From sequence record OP310984.1: a stretch of DNA of 64,000 bases; one strand, written 5' to 3'. This document shows positions 21,765-33,122 of the stretch, piece by piece. A program made the position numbers and the translations under genes. The notes beneath the pieces are model-generated. The model ran no database searches, had not been told where the DNA came from, and saw nothing but the letters and a program-made list of their open reading frames with translations. Within the stretch, counting starts at the first letter, position 1; the number at the start of each line of letters is the position of its first letter.

Positions 21765-22271
21765 ATGAATAATCGCCAGATTTATGAAGATATGTGCGAA
21801 GCTTTAATTGTATCTAATACTGAGTTAGTAAATGGATACAGTGCTGAAATCATTGCGGATATTTTGGATTTACTAAATAACTGGAGTACCAATACTCATT
21901 GGTATCACATTGCTGATAAAACAGTTATTAGGGATATCTGGAATTTATTCCGTAATAAAGGTAATCGTCTTCAACCTATCTTAAGTTTAGTTAGTCGATT
22001 TAAGATGGCTGTTAATGATTGGGATGGTGTGGTGAAATTACTAGCTGATTCTATTTATCCTTATCAGCCTAATTCAACTATTGTTGACCAAGAAATGTTA
22101 GCGCGATTAATTCCACGAAAAGAATTAACTGACATTTTATACCAAAATGATTGGTTAGTTTGGATTATTTGCCAATGTTTAAATATCCGTTATATTACTA
22201 ATATGGTTGAATCTATCCCAGTTCAAGCTAAGCCATCTAAAAAGAAGGCGGTAAATAATAATGTTTCGTAA
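21765..22271 (+). CDS. Hypothetical protein
   Basis: 168-aa ORF in the operon. Confidence 0.7.
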   Translation: MNNRQIYEDMCEALIVSNTELVNGYSAEIIADILDLLNNWSTNTHWYHIADKTVIRDIWNLFRNKGNRLQPILSLVSRFKMAVNDWDGVVKLLADSIYPYQPNSTIVDQEMLARLIPRKELTDILYQNDWLVWIICQCLNIRYITNMVESIPVQAKPSKKKAVNNNVS

Positions 22272-22977
22272 AATCTTAATTGATCTTGACTCACTATTAG
22301 ATACACGGTTAGGAACCATTAGGTTACTAAATAAAGATGCAGCTAATAAGCTTGTTACCAATGGTCAAATTTACTGGCATAGGGAAATGGATGATTGGAC
22401 TAAACTAACAGATGGTTTAGTAACTAATGAACAATTTGTCGAAGCTTATTCTAAACGTGGTGGTGAAAATACTGCTGACACTATCAATAGTTCTATATTC
22501 ACTGGTATCATTCCATTTATTATTCAATTAATAGCCCAATCAGATTTGAATAGATTAGATGGTATAGTTAATGCTAATTTTGAAACATGTCTTGAAGTCA
22601 ATATCTGGCCATATGAATTGACACCAGATGCTCAAGATGAATTACTATACTGCTTACATAAGTACATTGGTGATCATATTCAGATCACCCTGATTAATAC
22701 TCCATTAACAGACCTTACTTGTTCTAGATTAAACTCTATCTATTCAATGGCGATTATGTATAATTTTGGAGAATGGTGTAAAACCCATGTTCTTGAATTA
22801 GGACAAGTGTTGATGCCTGACTTTACTATTATTGGTCCAAAGCTATTTGAGAAAGATGTAAGTGAATTAGCTGTTGAAGATAAACAGTTTATTATCATGG
22901 ATTTCCAGTTAAAGCATAAACTTAATATCGACTTTGATTTCATCGATGCTGAATACTTTTCCATGTTTAAGCCATGA
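22261..22977 (+). CDS. HAD-like fold hypothetical protein
   Basis: N-terminal ILIDLDSLLDT resembles the HAD motif I (DxD). Confidence 0.6.
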   Translation: MFRKILIDLDSLLDTRLGTIRLLNKDAANKLVTNGQIYWHREMDDWTKLTDGLVTNEQFVEAYSKRGGENTADTINSSIFTGIIPFIIQLIAQSDLNRLDGIVNANFETCLEVNIWPYELTPDAQDELLYCLHKYIGDHIQITLINTPLTDLTCSRLNSIYSMAIMYNFGEWCKTHVLELGQVLMPDFTIIGPKLFEKDVSELAVEDKQFIIMDFQLKHKLNIDFDFIDAEYFSMFKP

Positions 22978-22983
22978 TACCCA

Positions 22984-23018
22984 ATAGAAAGCCCTAATAG
23001 GGCTTTCTATGCTTTTTT
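22984..23018 (+). terminator. Rho-independent terminator
   Basis: ATAGAAAGCCCT-AAT-AGGGCTTTCTAT followed by GCTTTTTTT. Confidence 0.85.
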
Positions 23019-23078
23019 TAGATATAACTGGTATGACGGCATGGTTAACAATGAATCAACCTTAAAAGACAAAATAAA

Positions 23079-23098
23079 GCCCTCCCCGAAGGGAGGGC
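23079..23098 (-). terminator. Hairpin terminator (cUUCGg on the minus strand)
   Basis: GCCCTCCC-CGAA-GGGAGGGC, identical to 55409-55428. Confidence 0.8.
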
Positions 23099-23109
23099 AA
23101 TATGTCGTT

Positions 23110-26100
23110 TTAAATAACAGCACCTTTGGAAACTATCCAGTTAGTACCATCCCATAAGAGGGTAAGAACTGTTTTAGTATCACCTAGGTCATCTACTATT
23201 ACTGGAGTACCATTGTTCCATTGTAACACTGCACTAGAAAGTGTTGGCATAGCTACCTTACCAAGCAATACAAGAACAGCTGTGATCATACGATCAACAG
23301 GTCCATTCTCTAGTGTAATGGTTTGGTTAGCAGCAGTTTGAACCCTATAGCACTGTTGGTTAGCTGGTGTTAGAGTTAAAGCTGTACCAGTGAATGTACT
23401 TGATTTTAGGCTATATGCATCGAATGATTTATCTAGCTTCTTCCAAGTAATATTAGTACCAGTACGGCTACGTAGCCAATCACCATCAGCGGTTACATCA
23501 TTATTCGGCCCTTGGAATAGAGTCCATGATTTAGCCGCAGCATTACGTAGGAATAGTTGTCCACTAGTAGCATCAGCTTGATCAACTATAATAGTTACAG
23601 GTGTCCATTTAGAACCACTAGCTGTTTTCTCACGTACATAGTTAGTGCCATTAGCACCTTCACTAGGTACTTCACCAATAACTGCGGCTGGTACAGCTAC
23701 CCATTCACCATTTTGCATACCCATTAGAGTATCATCGGTTTGCAGAGGTGCTACATCAACCCAGTTACCAGCTACACGACCTTGAGGCTTAGTAGCTTGT
23801 GCAGTATCGCGTACTACATCTGAAGGAATTTCTGGGAATGTAATGGTAGCCCATTCAGTTTCACCCCCTGCAATACCTTTACGAACGTATTGTGCATTAA
23901 CAACTGGACTAGGTACAGCATCAATGGCAGGTGTTGGTAATTCAATAGCAGTCCATTCAACAGCCCCGTCAGCGGTTGCTTTACGGCGACCATAGAAGAC
24001 ACCTACTTCAGCATCTACCACCTCATCAACAGGTAGTTCAGTCCAACCGAGTTTGTACCGAACCATTTTCTTATCGACATCTTCTGGATCGACTTCACTA
24101 ACTGGAACTGACATTAATTTGTAGAATACAACCCAGTTAGCATCTTTATACCAAACGGTACCAGTTTTGTCGATACACCAGTCACCACGATTACCATCGA
24201 TAGAAGTGGGTGCAGTTTGACCTTCAGGTAGAATTACCCAAGAGGATCCACGTTCACCTTTCTGACCGGTTTTACCAGGGATACCTGGAACACCTTGTTT
24301 GCCCTCAGGACCTTCAGGACCCTGCGGACCCATGGCTAAGACACCTAGGCTTTCCCAAGTAAATGTACCTTCAGTATCGATACTTACAAATACTTCTACT
24401 TGTCCTTCAGTATTGGTGCGAATGGCAATACCTTTACCTACGTTATCAGCAGATGCTACTGGTTTACCAGCATCATCACCAACATAGATAATTAATAGAC
24501 CACCACCTTGTTTACCTTCAGGACCTTGTGGGCCTTCGACACCCTGGATACCCTGCTCACCATTTAGATTAATTGGGCCGATATAGCCATCAATTTCCTG
24601 ACCTTGGTAAGTATAGAGCATTGTACCTTCGTTAGTTTCAACCCAGTATGAATCACCAGTTACTAAGTCAGGATCAGTGTCTTTCTTTGGTAGTTGTGAA
24701 GCATCGGTTAAAACACCTTTAATGTTTAAACCTTCACCCGGTTTACCTTGCGGACCTGCCATAATACCAATGCTAGTCCAGCGACTACCGTCCATGTTAA
24801 CAAATACTTCGCCCGTGGACTTAACAGTATATGCTTTCCATTGGTTATCGGCAAGTGCTTCTGGTGGGGTATCTTCAGGAGTGTCAATCGCTGCGATGAT
24901 CTGGATAGGTTCACCAGCGGGACCTTGTGGGCCTTCTGGTCCCTCGGGTCCTTCTGGTCCCTGATCACCGTCTTTACCAGGTGCGCCATCTTCACCTTTA
25001 GGACCTCGATGTGTACCACTATTTACCCAATTACCATCTATCTTAACAAATAAGGTAGATGTGTCTTGTGTGAAGTACGCTGCCTGATCAGGAGCATCTG
25101 CCGGCAGGGCTGCCTCATTGGCAACAGCACCAGTAATAACTACGTTCTTACCATGTAGACTGATTAACCATTCACCCTCAGTACCAGTGAAGCCATTGTC
25201 CAATGCTACTTGGAAAGCCGATTTACCTTGTGCCCCTGGTTCACCAGGTAGACCTTGTTCGCCATCTTCACCTTGCGGACCTTCAGGGCCCTGCGGGCCA
25301 CGGAATGAACCCATGGCTGTCCATGAGATATCAACAGTCGGATCTTGGCCAGTCAGTACATAAACCGTATTGGTGGAACGTACTGAAACACCTTGGTATT
25401 GTTCTACACCAGTGGTGGTTAATAGATCATCAGCAGTTTCAACTGCTTTAACTACTTCTAAGTTACGACCTTGTGGACCAGGTTCACCTTGTTTACCATC
25501 GGGACCCGGATCACCTGTATTACCTGGTTTACCTTGTGGGCCCTCAGGGCCTTGGAAAGTACCTAGGTCTGACCATGCCCCTTTTACAAAGATGAATAGA
25601 TGTTCTGGTTTACCAGCTTCCATAGTAACTAAGTATGCTTCTGATTCTTTAGCTACAGATGGATCAGGTAAATCAGCTGGTGATGGTAGTGAATCCTTAA
25701 TGGTAAACGGCATTGCTGGTTCACCCTGAGGACCTTCAGGACCAATTTCACCATCTTTACCTTGCGGACCTTCAGGGCCCTCAGGTCCACGTTCACCCTG
25801 TGGTGTAACTGGGAACCAATCATAGTCATCAATAGTTGGATTCTCTGGCGGATTATTACCTGAGATAAGCATCCACGCCCAGAGTTGATTATTCCATGAG
25901 TAAGCATCTCCAGGTTTATTACTTTCAGTCTTAGGTAATTCTAAGTTATTAGGCCAACGACCACGGATAACCAGACCAGTACCATCTGGACCACGAAGTG
26001 AACCTGTTTCAACCCAACGACCTTTTACAGGGGGATCTTCATTACCTAGCGGTGATTCCCATACCCATAGCCGATCTTCAACGAACCAAGCATCACCGAC

Positions 26101-26391
26101 ATTATGCGTATCTAATGGTTTAATATCTTGTTCGAATGTTGCTAGATCAACATTAGCGATAATGTTAATAGCCGGACCAACTGGGCCAGGGGGACCTTGA
26201 TCGCCATCTTTACCCGGCTGACCATCTTCACCCTTTAATCCAGGTATAGTAACAGGATCAACGAAAGTGGTATTAAGACCCACCCCGGTAGAAACCGGGA
26301 TGTGTCCATTAACTACAGAAGTGGGTTCATCAATTGATGATACCCGTTTGGGGAGTTCCCCGTTTACATAATCTTCAAATGCAGAAGCCAT
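23110..26391 (-). CDS. gp146: Collagen-like virion fibre protein
   Basis: 1093 aa; many G-P-x triplet tracts alternating with ~70-aa globular repeats. Confidence 0.85.
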   Translation of the reverse strand: MASAFEDYVNGELPKRVSSIDEPTSVVNGHIPVSTGVGLNTTFVDPVTIPGLKGEDGQPGKDGDQGPPGPVGPAINIIANVDLATFEQDIKPLDTHNVGDAWFVEDRLWVWESPLGNEDPPVKGRWVETGSLRGPDGTGLVIRGRWPNNLELPKTESNKPGDAYSWNNQLWAWMLISGNNPPENPTIDDYDWFPVTPQGERGPEGPEGPQGKDGEIGPEGPQGEPAMPFTIKDSLPSPADLPDPSVAKESEAYLVTMEAGKPEHLFIFVKGAWSDLGTFQGPEGPQGKPGNTGDPGPDGKQGEPGPQGRNLEVVKAVETADDLLTTTGVEQYQGVSVRSTNTVYVLTGQDPTVDISWTAMGSFRGPQGPEGPQGEDGEQGLPGEPGAQGKSAFQVALDNGFTGTEGEWLISLHGKNVVITGAVANEAALPADAPDQAAYFTQDTSTLFVKIDGNWVNSGTHRGPKGEDGAPGKDGDQGPEGPEGPEGPQGPAGEPIQIIAAIDTPEDTPPEALADNQWKAYTVKSTGEVFVNMDGSRWTSIGIMAGPQGKPGEGLNIKGVLTDASQLPKKDTDPDLVTGDSYWVETNEGTMLYTYQGQEIDGYIGPINLNGEQGIQGVEGPQGPEGKQGGGLLIIYVGDDAGKPVASADNVGKGIAIRTNTEGQVEVFVSIDTEGTFTWESLGVLAMGPQGPEGPEGKQGVPGIPGKTGQKGERGSSWVILPEGQTAPTSIDGNRGDWCIDKTGTVWYKDANWVVFYKLMSVPVSEVDPEDVDKKMVRYKLGWTELPVDEVVDAEVGVFYGRRKATADGAVEWTAIELPTPAIDAVPSPVVNAQYVRKGIAGGETEWATITFPEIPSDVVRDTAQATKPQGRVAGNWVDVAPLQTDDTLMGMQNGEWVAVPAAVIGEVPSEGANGTNYVREKTASGSKWTPVTIIVDQADATSGQLFLRNAAAKSWTLFQGPNNDVTADGDWLRSRTGTNITWKKLDKSFDAYSLKSSTFTGTALTLTPANQQCYRVQTAANQTITLENGPVDRMITAVLVLLGKVAMPTLSSAVLQWNNGTPVIVDDLGDTKTVLTLLWDGTNWIVSKGAVI

Positions 26392-28760
26392 TATACTACT
26401 TCCTCAAGTTCGATTTTCATCAGTCCAGTGGTGTTGGATACAGCATTTGCTGAGTCACAGTTATACCACTTATTGCCATCCTTGATGGTGTAGGTGTCAA
26501 CTTGATTTGCATCGTCCGCCTTATAAGTGAAGTTTAAGCTACCAGTAGAACCTTTAGATAGGTTACTGCAACGTAGTTTACCAGTATTGGTTACTTCAGT
26601 ACCAATATCAGTTTCACGGTTCGGCCAAGCAGCCACACTTAGAGTGCGGAATACAAATCCACCTAGTACGTAAGTACCACCATTTACACTATTAGTTTCA
26701 ACACCAGCTAAACCTTTTAGAACCACACTGTTAAAATCGTAGGTTCCTTTAGGATCATCGTCATGTACTAGTAACGCACGTGTCCATACCTTACCAGTGG
26801 CGTCAGATTTCCAATCCTCAGTAGCCCACTTACCGCCAGGCGCATTCATGGCCGGAGCTGCACTTAGTTTCTGAGTAGAGGTTAAAGTAATGACATGACT
26901 TTGTACTTGGGTTCCAAAGTTACCACCTGAGCGAAGGCGAGCTGCTGGATAGGTAACCGTTGCAGTAGGAGCCGCATTTGCAATAGCTACAACAGCAGTA
27001 GCCGTAGCTACACTACCATTAGCTGCACGTTTAGCAGTAATTAATAGGTTATTAGTGCTGTCGTTATAAGTACCAGACTTATAAGTAACTACCTTAGCAA
27101 TTTCTGCTTCATTTGCACTGGTTATAGTGAGCTGATCATTTGGTGAGGAATAAACCACACTATCAGCATTAGATACTGTATTGGCTACAGTAGCAGTTTC
27201 ACCTACTTTAATAGCACTTTGACCAGACGGATAAGTTACTTGACCAATATTAACAACTGGGCGAAGATCGTTTAACTGCATGGTGTTAATTTTATCTTCG
27301 GAACCAGCATCACTGGAAGTAAACCATTCTGACCATGAACCAGTGGATTTCTGAACACGTACACGGAAACCATATGCCTTAGTAGTATTACCACGGTCAG
27401 CTACGTAAAGACCAGTAACCTCTAGTTCTTTAGTAGGTGCAACAGTACCACTACTTTCTTTCAGTGCACCAAAGTCAGCAATTTCGTATGCTACTATATT
27501 TTCATCAGTAACTACTTTAATTGCAACAAGGTCATCTTCTTTAAGTTCTGTTTGACCTAACGGATAACCGCCAGTAAATACAGCACTAGTAATATTAGCG
27601 GGAGTATCGGCTAATACCTTAGTAGTGAATTTAGCGCCATCGGCGTGCTCTACAACAATATCTGCATAACCTTCGGTAGTGGGTGCACCAAGATCAATAT
27701 CGGCAGTAGCAATCCACATAGGTGGATTAACGCCAGGAGTTACAACTGCATCTATGTTATTGATTTTAACACTAGGTACATAACTAGAATGTCCAGTTAT
27801 TGCATCAACGATAACTCGAACATTACTAGTAGTTGATAGGCATGACTGTACGCTGTGCCCATCGGGGGTACGCACAATACTACCTACGTTCTGACTGGGG
27901 TCAGTTGCTTGTACATCTTTGACGAATACACCGCCACTAATACCTTCATTTTTAGGAAGGTTCTTAAGATCAACAGTTGATTCATCAGCGCCTTCAACAA
28001 TACGGATATTGCCGTCATTCTTGAATGCAATGTAATCAGTTAAACTACCAATCTGGAATTCACCATTGTCGTAAATACGAATTTCAGACTCAGGTAATTC
28101 GGGTAATGCACCTTGCGTAGTGGGTGCAGAGGCGTTCTTTAGATAAGAATAACCTTCTGCTTCCATACGGCCTTGTTCCATCATACGCTGTGGTACTTTA
28201 TCACCAGCGGTTAAGTCATCTTGATTTAGGCGCTTATCAAACAGGAAAGCAAAGTTATGGAAAGCAGCGTTGGATGATAATCCACCATTCTTACCAGTTA
28301 CACGCAGTACATCTTTAACTGTATAGCCTTGTTGATTTAAGAGTGTCTGGAGTAGTTCAGCAGTCATGGTTGCATGCAGTGATGTTAACCATTCCTGTTC
28401 AGTACCTTGGAAACCATTTTCCACAGCTACTTCATATGCACTCTTACCAGCATCACCTTTAAGGGATGCTATAAACTCTTCTTCAGTACCAACGAAGCCT
28501 AGATCGACTGCGATTTGATAAGAAGATTTACCTTTAAGCGAATCAAGCCATTCGGTTTCAGTTCCCTGGAAACCATTTTTAACGGCAATCTCGTACGCAC
28601 TAAGACCGGGTGCCCCAGTCTGTAGTTTTGACAGCAGAAACTTATAGTTATCGACTTGACCAGCTGCATCGGTATGAATTAATTCAATATACTCGCTATC
28701 GTTAAGAGTAGCTAGATCCGGCAGTTGACTGATCTTGCCTTTGTCTGTAGCATTTGCCAT
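26391..28760 (-). CDS. Virion fibre-associated protein with Ig-like C-terminal domains (gp145 position)
   Basis: 789 aa; N-terminal KISQLP motif, three SAY..GFxGTExEWL repeats; TAATG coupling to gp146. Confidence 0.75.
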   Translation of the reverse strand: MANATDKGKISQLPDLATLNDSEYIELIHTDAAGQVDNYKFLLSKLQTGAPGLSAYEIAVKNGFQGTETEWLDSLKGKSSYQIAVDLGFVGTEEEFIASLKGDAGKSAYEVAVENGFQGTEQEWLTSLHATMTAELLQTLLNQQGYTVKDVLRVTGKNGGLSSNAAFHNFAFLFDKRLNQDDLTAGDKVPQRMMEQGRMEAEGYSYLKNASAPTTQGALPELPESEIRIYDNGEFQIGSLTDYIAFKNDGNIRIVEGADESTVDLKNLPKNEGISGGVFVKDVQATDPSQNVGSIVRTPDGHSVQSCLSTTSNVRVIVDAITGHSSYVPSVKINNIDAVVTPGVNPPMWIATADIDLGAPTTEGYADIVVEHADGAKFTTKVLADTPANITSAVFTGGYPLGQTELKEDDLVAIKVVTDENIVAYEIADFGALKESSGTVAPTKELEVTGLYVADRGNTTKAYGFRVRVQKSTGSWSEWFTSSDAGSEDKINTMQLNDLRPVVNIGQVTYPSGQSAIKVGETATVANTVSNADSVVYSSPNDQLTITSANEAEIAKVVTYKSGTYNDSTNNLLITAKRAANGSVATATAVVAIANAAPTATVTYPAARLRSGGNFGTQVQSHVITLTSTQKLSAAPAMNAPGGKWATEDWKSDATGKVWTRALLVHDDDPKGTYDFNSVVLKGLAGVETNSVNGGTYVLGGFVFRTLSVAAWPNRETDIGTEVTNTGKLRCSNLSKGSTGSLNFTYKADDANQVDTYTIKDGNKWYNCDSANAVSNTTGLMKIELEEVV

Positions 28761-28862
28761 TTTTATTTCCTTGCTGTATAAGAAACACTAACATGTTAGT
28801 CTTTCGAAGAAGACTCATACAGTAATGTACTATTGCCAATGAGTAATATTTCAACAACATAA

Positions 28863-28882
28863 GAGAGTCCCGAAGGACTCTC
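28863..28882 (-). terminator. Terminator after the endolysin
   Basis: Minus strand GAGAGTCC-TTCG-GGACTCTC-TTATG. Confidence 0.8.
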
Positions 28883-28965
28883 AAAAAGTTACATTAGCAA
28901 AAGATGTGGTTTATCATGAGGGGAAGTTTCACATGATACCATAGACTCCATTCTATTGCTACATC

Positions 28966-29787
<822 letters not shown>

Positions 29788-29809
29788 TTAGGTTCATTGA
29801 GGGTATTAC

Positions 29810-30343
29810 TTAACTTTCTAGATAACGGATTTGACCATTTTCTAGATAACGTGCTGCGCCATTCTCTAATAGCCGGATAGTATCTGATGTATCATCAATA
29901 CGTTGAATTAGTATATTACATTCGCCATAGTAAGCATAACTACTCGACATAGCTACTATCGTGTATGGAACAACATCCGTAGTTGCATTGATTGGTGTTG
30001 TATCAAATGAAACATCATCTGGTCCAAGCTTCCAACCCCGTGAACGGTTGATTTCTTCAGCAATTGCTTTAGGTGTTAAAGTACCAACTATCTTAAGGAT
30101 AGATCCTTCACCAATAGCTCGTGGATCAGCAAAATCTAACCGACGGTAAGTTAACATGTACTTAATGTCAGTAGTAATGTCGATCATTTCAATAAATGTA
30201 CGTCCAGGCTCAATCGTGGTTGGACTAAAAAACATATCTTCAAATGTAACTGTTTCTGGTTTGAAGTTTATTTTTAAATCATCCCGCGCAAGTTTTACTA
30301 GCGCATTCCTCGATGCCATGTCATACGGAAAGATATCCTGCAT
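29810..30343 (-). CDS. Virion structural protein with C-terminal RxLENG repeats (gp143 position)
   Basis: 177 aa ending RLLENGAA-RYLENGQI-RYLES. Confidence 0.75.
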   Translation of the reverse strand: MQDIFPYDMASRNALVKLARDDLKINFKPETVTFEDMFFSPTTIEPGRTFIEMIDITTDIKYMLTYRRLDFADPRAIGEGSILKIVGTLTPKAIAEEINRSRGWKLGPDDVSFDTTPINATTDVVPYTIVAMSSSYAYYGECNILIQRIDDTSDTIRLLENGAARYLENGQIRYLES

Positions 30344-30390
30344 GTCAAACCTCTATAGTGGTAAAATGTTTAATCCACATAGCATTATAA

Positions 30391-30415
30391 AGCCTTCCTC
30401 TTGAAGAGGAAGGCT
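30391..30415. terminator. Hairpin terminator
   Basis: AGCCTTCCTCT-TGA-AGAGGAAGGCT. Confidence 0.7.
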
Positions 30416-30425
30416 ATTATAGTTT

Positions 30426-30821
30426 TTATTGCATAAGCATCTTTATTAATTCAAAGGTACCTTGCACAATAGTCTTTAACACATTGGCACTTTCTTCTGA
30501 CATAGGTGCACCAGATAAAACTACCATAGTAGATACTGATGCCCCAATAAGAGTAACGCCACCAGCTAATACCAATACCGCATTACGGTAAGAATCTTTA
30601 GCCTTCACTTCAGCAATTTCCCGGCTGAGAATTTTATATTGAAGATCTGAATCGGTAATAGCATAAATTAGACTAAGTACTTCCTCACCAGTTATACTTA
30701 GATTTATACGTTGTTCCTTTTCCAATACACTATTCAAATAGGTACGTATCTTCTTTCCATAGTCTTTAGAAGAAGATAAAGGATTACCATCGATCTCAAT
30801 CAGAACGTCCTCTAGGGTCAT
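30426..30821 (-). CDS. Membrane protein, holin candidate
   Basis: Start MTLEDV (GGAG RBS); C-terminal hydrophobic AVLVLAGGVTLIGASVSTMVVL; next to the spanin pair. Confidence 0.55.
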   Translation of the reverse strand: MTLEDVLIEIDGNPLSSSKDYGKKIRTYLNSVLEKEQRINLSITGEEVLSLIYAITDSDLQYKILSREIAEVKAKDSYRNAVLVLAGGVTLIGASVSTMVVLSGAPMSEESANVLKTIVQGTFELIKMLMQ

Positions 30822-31158
30822 GACTATTCTCCAAATTACGTTGACGTTCGTTCCATTCACGCAATTTGTCTACTTGGATATTACATAGTCCAAGTGCATC
30901 AGTTTGTAAAAGCCAATGTTCGGTCATAAGTAAGAAACGTGCTTCATTCTCATCAGTAACCCCAACAGCTTTATATCTATCTAATGCATTGATGATCTCA
31001 TTAGCTGTAGGTGGGGCTTCCACATCGCAAGGGAGAAGTAAACTACTTGGGATTGCAACTGGTATTTTCACGGGAGGCGGCACAGTAGTGCTCGTACATC
31101 CGTTTAGCAATAGCATTAATAGACTTATTAATGTTATCTTTTTTTGTGTCAGTTTCAT
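30796..31158 (-). CDS. o-spanin (Rz1-like) lipoprotein
   Basis: MKLTQKKITLISLLMLLLNG-C lipobox followed by TVPPPVKIPVAIPSSLLLPC; overlaps the upstream gene out of frame. Confidence 0.75.
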   Translation of the reverse strand: MKLTQKKITLISLLMLLLNGCTSTTVPPPVKIPVAIPSSLLLPCDVEAPPTANEIINALDRYKAVGVTDENEARFLLMTEHWLLQTDALGLCNIQVDKLREWNERQRNLENSHDPRGRSD

Positions 31159-31549
31159 GTTTAATCTCAGTAGTGGTGCTTTCCCCATTAGTTGTTTTAG
31201 CTTTAACCTCAGGCCATACAGGTGGAGTATATCCACGACCTGATAAACTAATGTACTCATCAATCACCTCAGTGCGTGATTGCGCCTGCTCTTTTTGTAT
31301 CTCTTTCTTTTTAGTAATTAGTTCAGCTTGAATTTTATCGGAGATACGATCTGATTCAATCCTAACCTTTTCTGCCGCTTCATAAGATTTAATTTTTCCA
31401 ATTAAATCTGTAGAGCGAACAAGTTCCGTCTCATAACTATTTTTGTAATATATGATACCAATTAAGGCACCTATCAGAATAACTAATAGTAACCATATAT
31501 GCAATGGCACGCTACCAATTATTTTTCGTATACCTGCTAATAGGAACAT
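31043..31549 (-). CDS. i-spanin (Rz-like)
   Basis: N-terminal TM (IWLLVILIGALIGIIYY), coiled coil, two C-terminal Cys. Confidence 0.75.
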   Translation of the reverse strand: MFLLAGIRKIIGSVPLHIWLLLVILIGALIGIIYYKNSYETELVRSTDLIGKIKSYEAAEKVRIESDRISDKIQAELITKKKEIQKEQAQSRTEVIDEYISLSGRGYTPPVWPEVKAKTTNGESTTTEIKHETDTKKDNINKSINAIAKRMYEHYCAASRENTSCNPK

Positions 31550-31564
31550 TGTTACCTCGAATTG

Positions 31565-32128
31565 TTAAACAATCCTAGTAAGGTAGTAGTAAGCTATCGC
31601 ACAAGCATCCATAGAGTGGTCATCTAGACTATCTATATCGATGTTCCATGTGATGTCAGTACGAGAACGCATTGCTTCTTTAACATCATCTTTAGTAGTA
31701 CCCTTTACTTTTTTCATACCCGCATTGATTTTAACTGTAGTAGGATCAATCATGTATAAAGGTATAAATCTATCATACTCGTATAATGCTCTATGTACAT
31801 AGGTCACACATTCTACAAGTACAGCGAAGCTTTGGGCAAACTTACCAAGATAGTTAGACTCTACAATAACTGCATGTGGTTTTTCAGTATGTAGTATATT
31901 TAGTACCACATCACTCATTTGCTGCATTCTAGTAAATCTACTACCATGAACCTCGGAGATGGCAGCATATGCCGGATTTGTATCTTTAAGGTGGCAGGTA
32001 AATGCATTACGTACCACCTTATTACTTCCATCCAACTTATCTTCCAGAATAGCTATGCCGAGGTTTTGTGAACCAGGGTCTAATGCTAGTACCCGAAATG
32101 GCTCATCACTCGCTGGAAGCTTAAGCAT
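31565..32128 (-). CDS. ruvC: RuvC-like Holliday junction resolvase
   Basis: LALDPGS, VIVES and MDACAIA catalytic motifs. Confidence 0.88.
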   Translation of the reverse strand: MLKLPASDEPFRVLALDPGSQNLGIAILEDKLDGSNKVVRNAFTCHLKDTNPAYAAISEVHGSRFTRMQQMSDVVLNILHTEKPHAVIVESNYLGKFAQSFAVLVECVTYVHRALYEYDRFIPLYMIDPTTVKINAGMKKVKGTTKDDVKEAMRSRTDITWNIDIDSLDDHSMDACAIAYYYLTRIV

Positions 32129-32130
32129 AT

Positions 32131-33057
<927 letters not shown>

Positions 33058-33093
33058 TTAGTACACTGTACTATTGAGTAAATTTGTAAGAGT

Positions 33094-33113
33094 TCCCCTC
33101 CATGTGGAGGGGA
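33094..33113. terminator. Hairpin terminator
   Basis: TCCCCTCC-ATGT-GGAGGGGA. Confidence 0.7.
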
Positions 33114-33122
33114 TTTATGCTG

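Noticed and set aside
23126-25729. Many 60-120-aa plus-strand ORFs over gp146
   Set aside because: Antisense shadows of GC-rich collagen coding, without RBS or separate protein features.
23110-26391. Dense GC-rich short repeats resembling an array
   Set aside because: They are Gly-Pro-x collagen codons inside one ORF, with no constant repeat-spacer period, so not CRISPR or a satellite.
30822-31263. ORF-track starts at 31263 and 30860 (and similarly 34180, 34691, 36073, 63927)
   Set aside because: Downstream ATGs have RBSs, stop/start coupling or signal peptides, so the longer starts are overlap artefacts.
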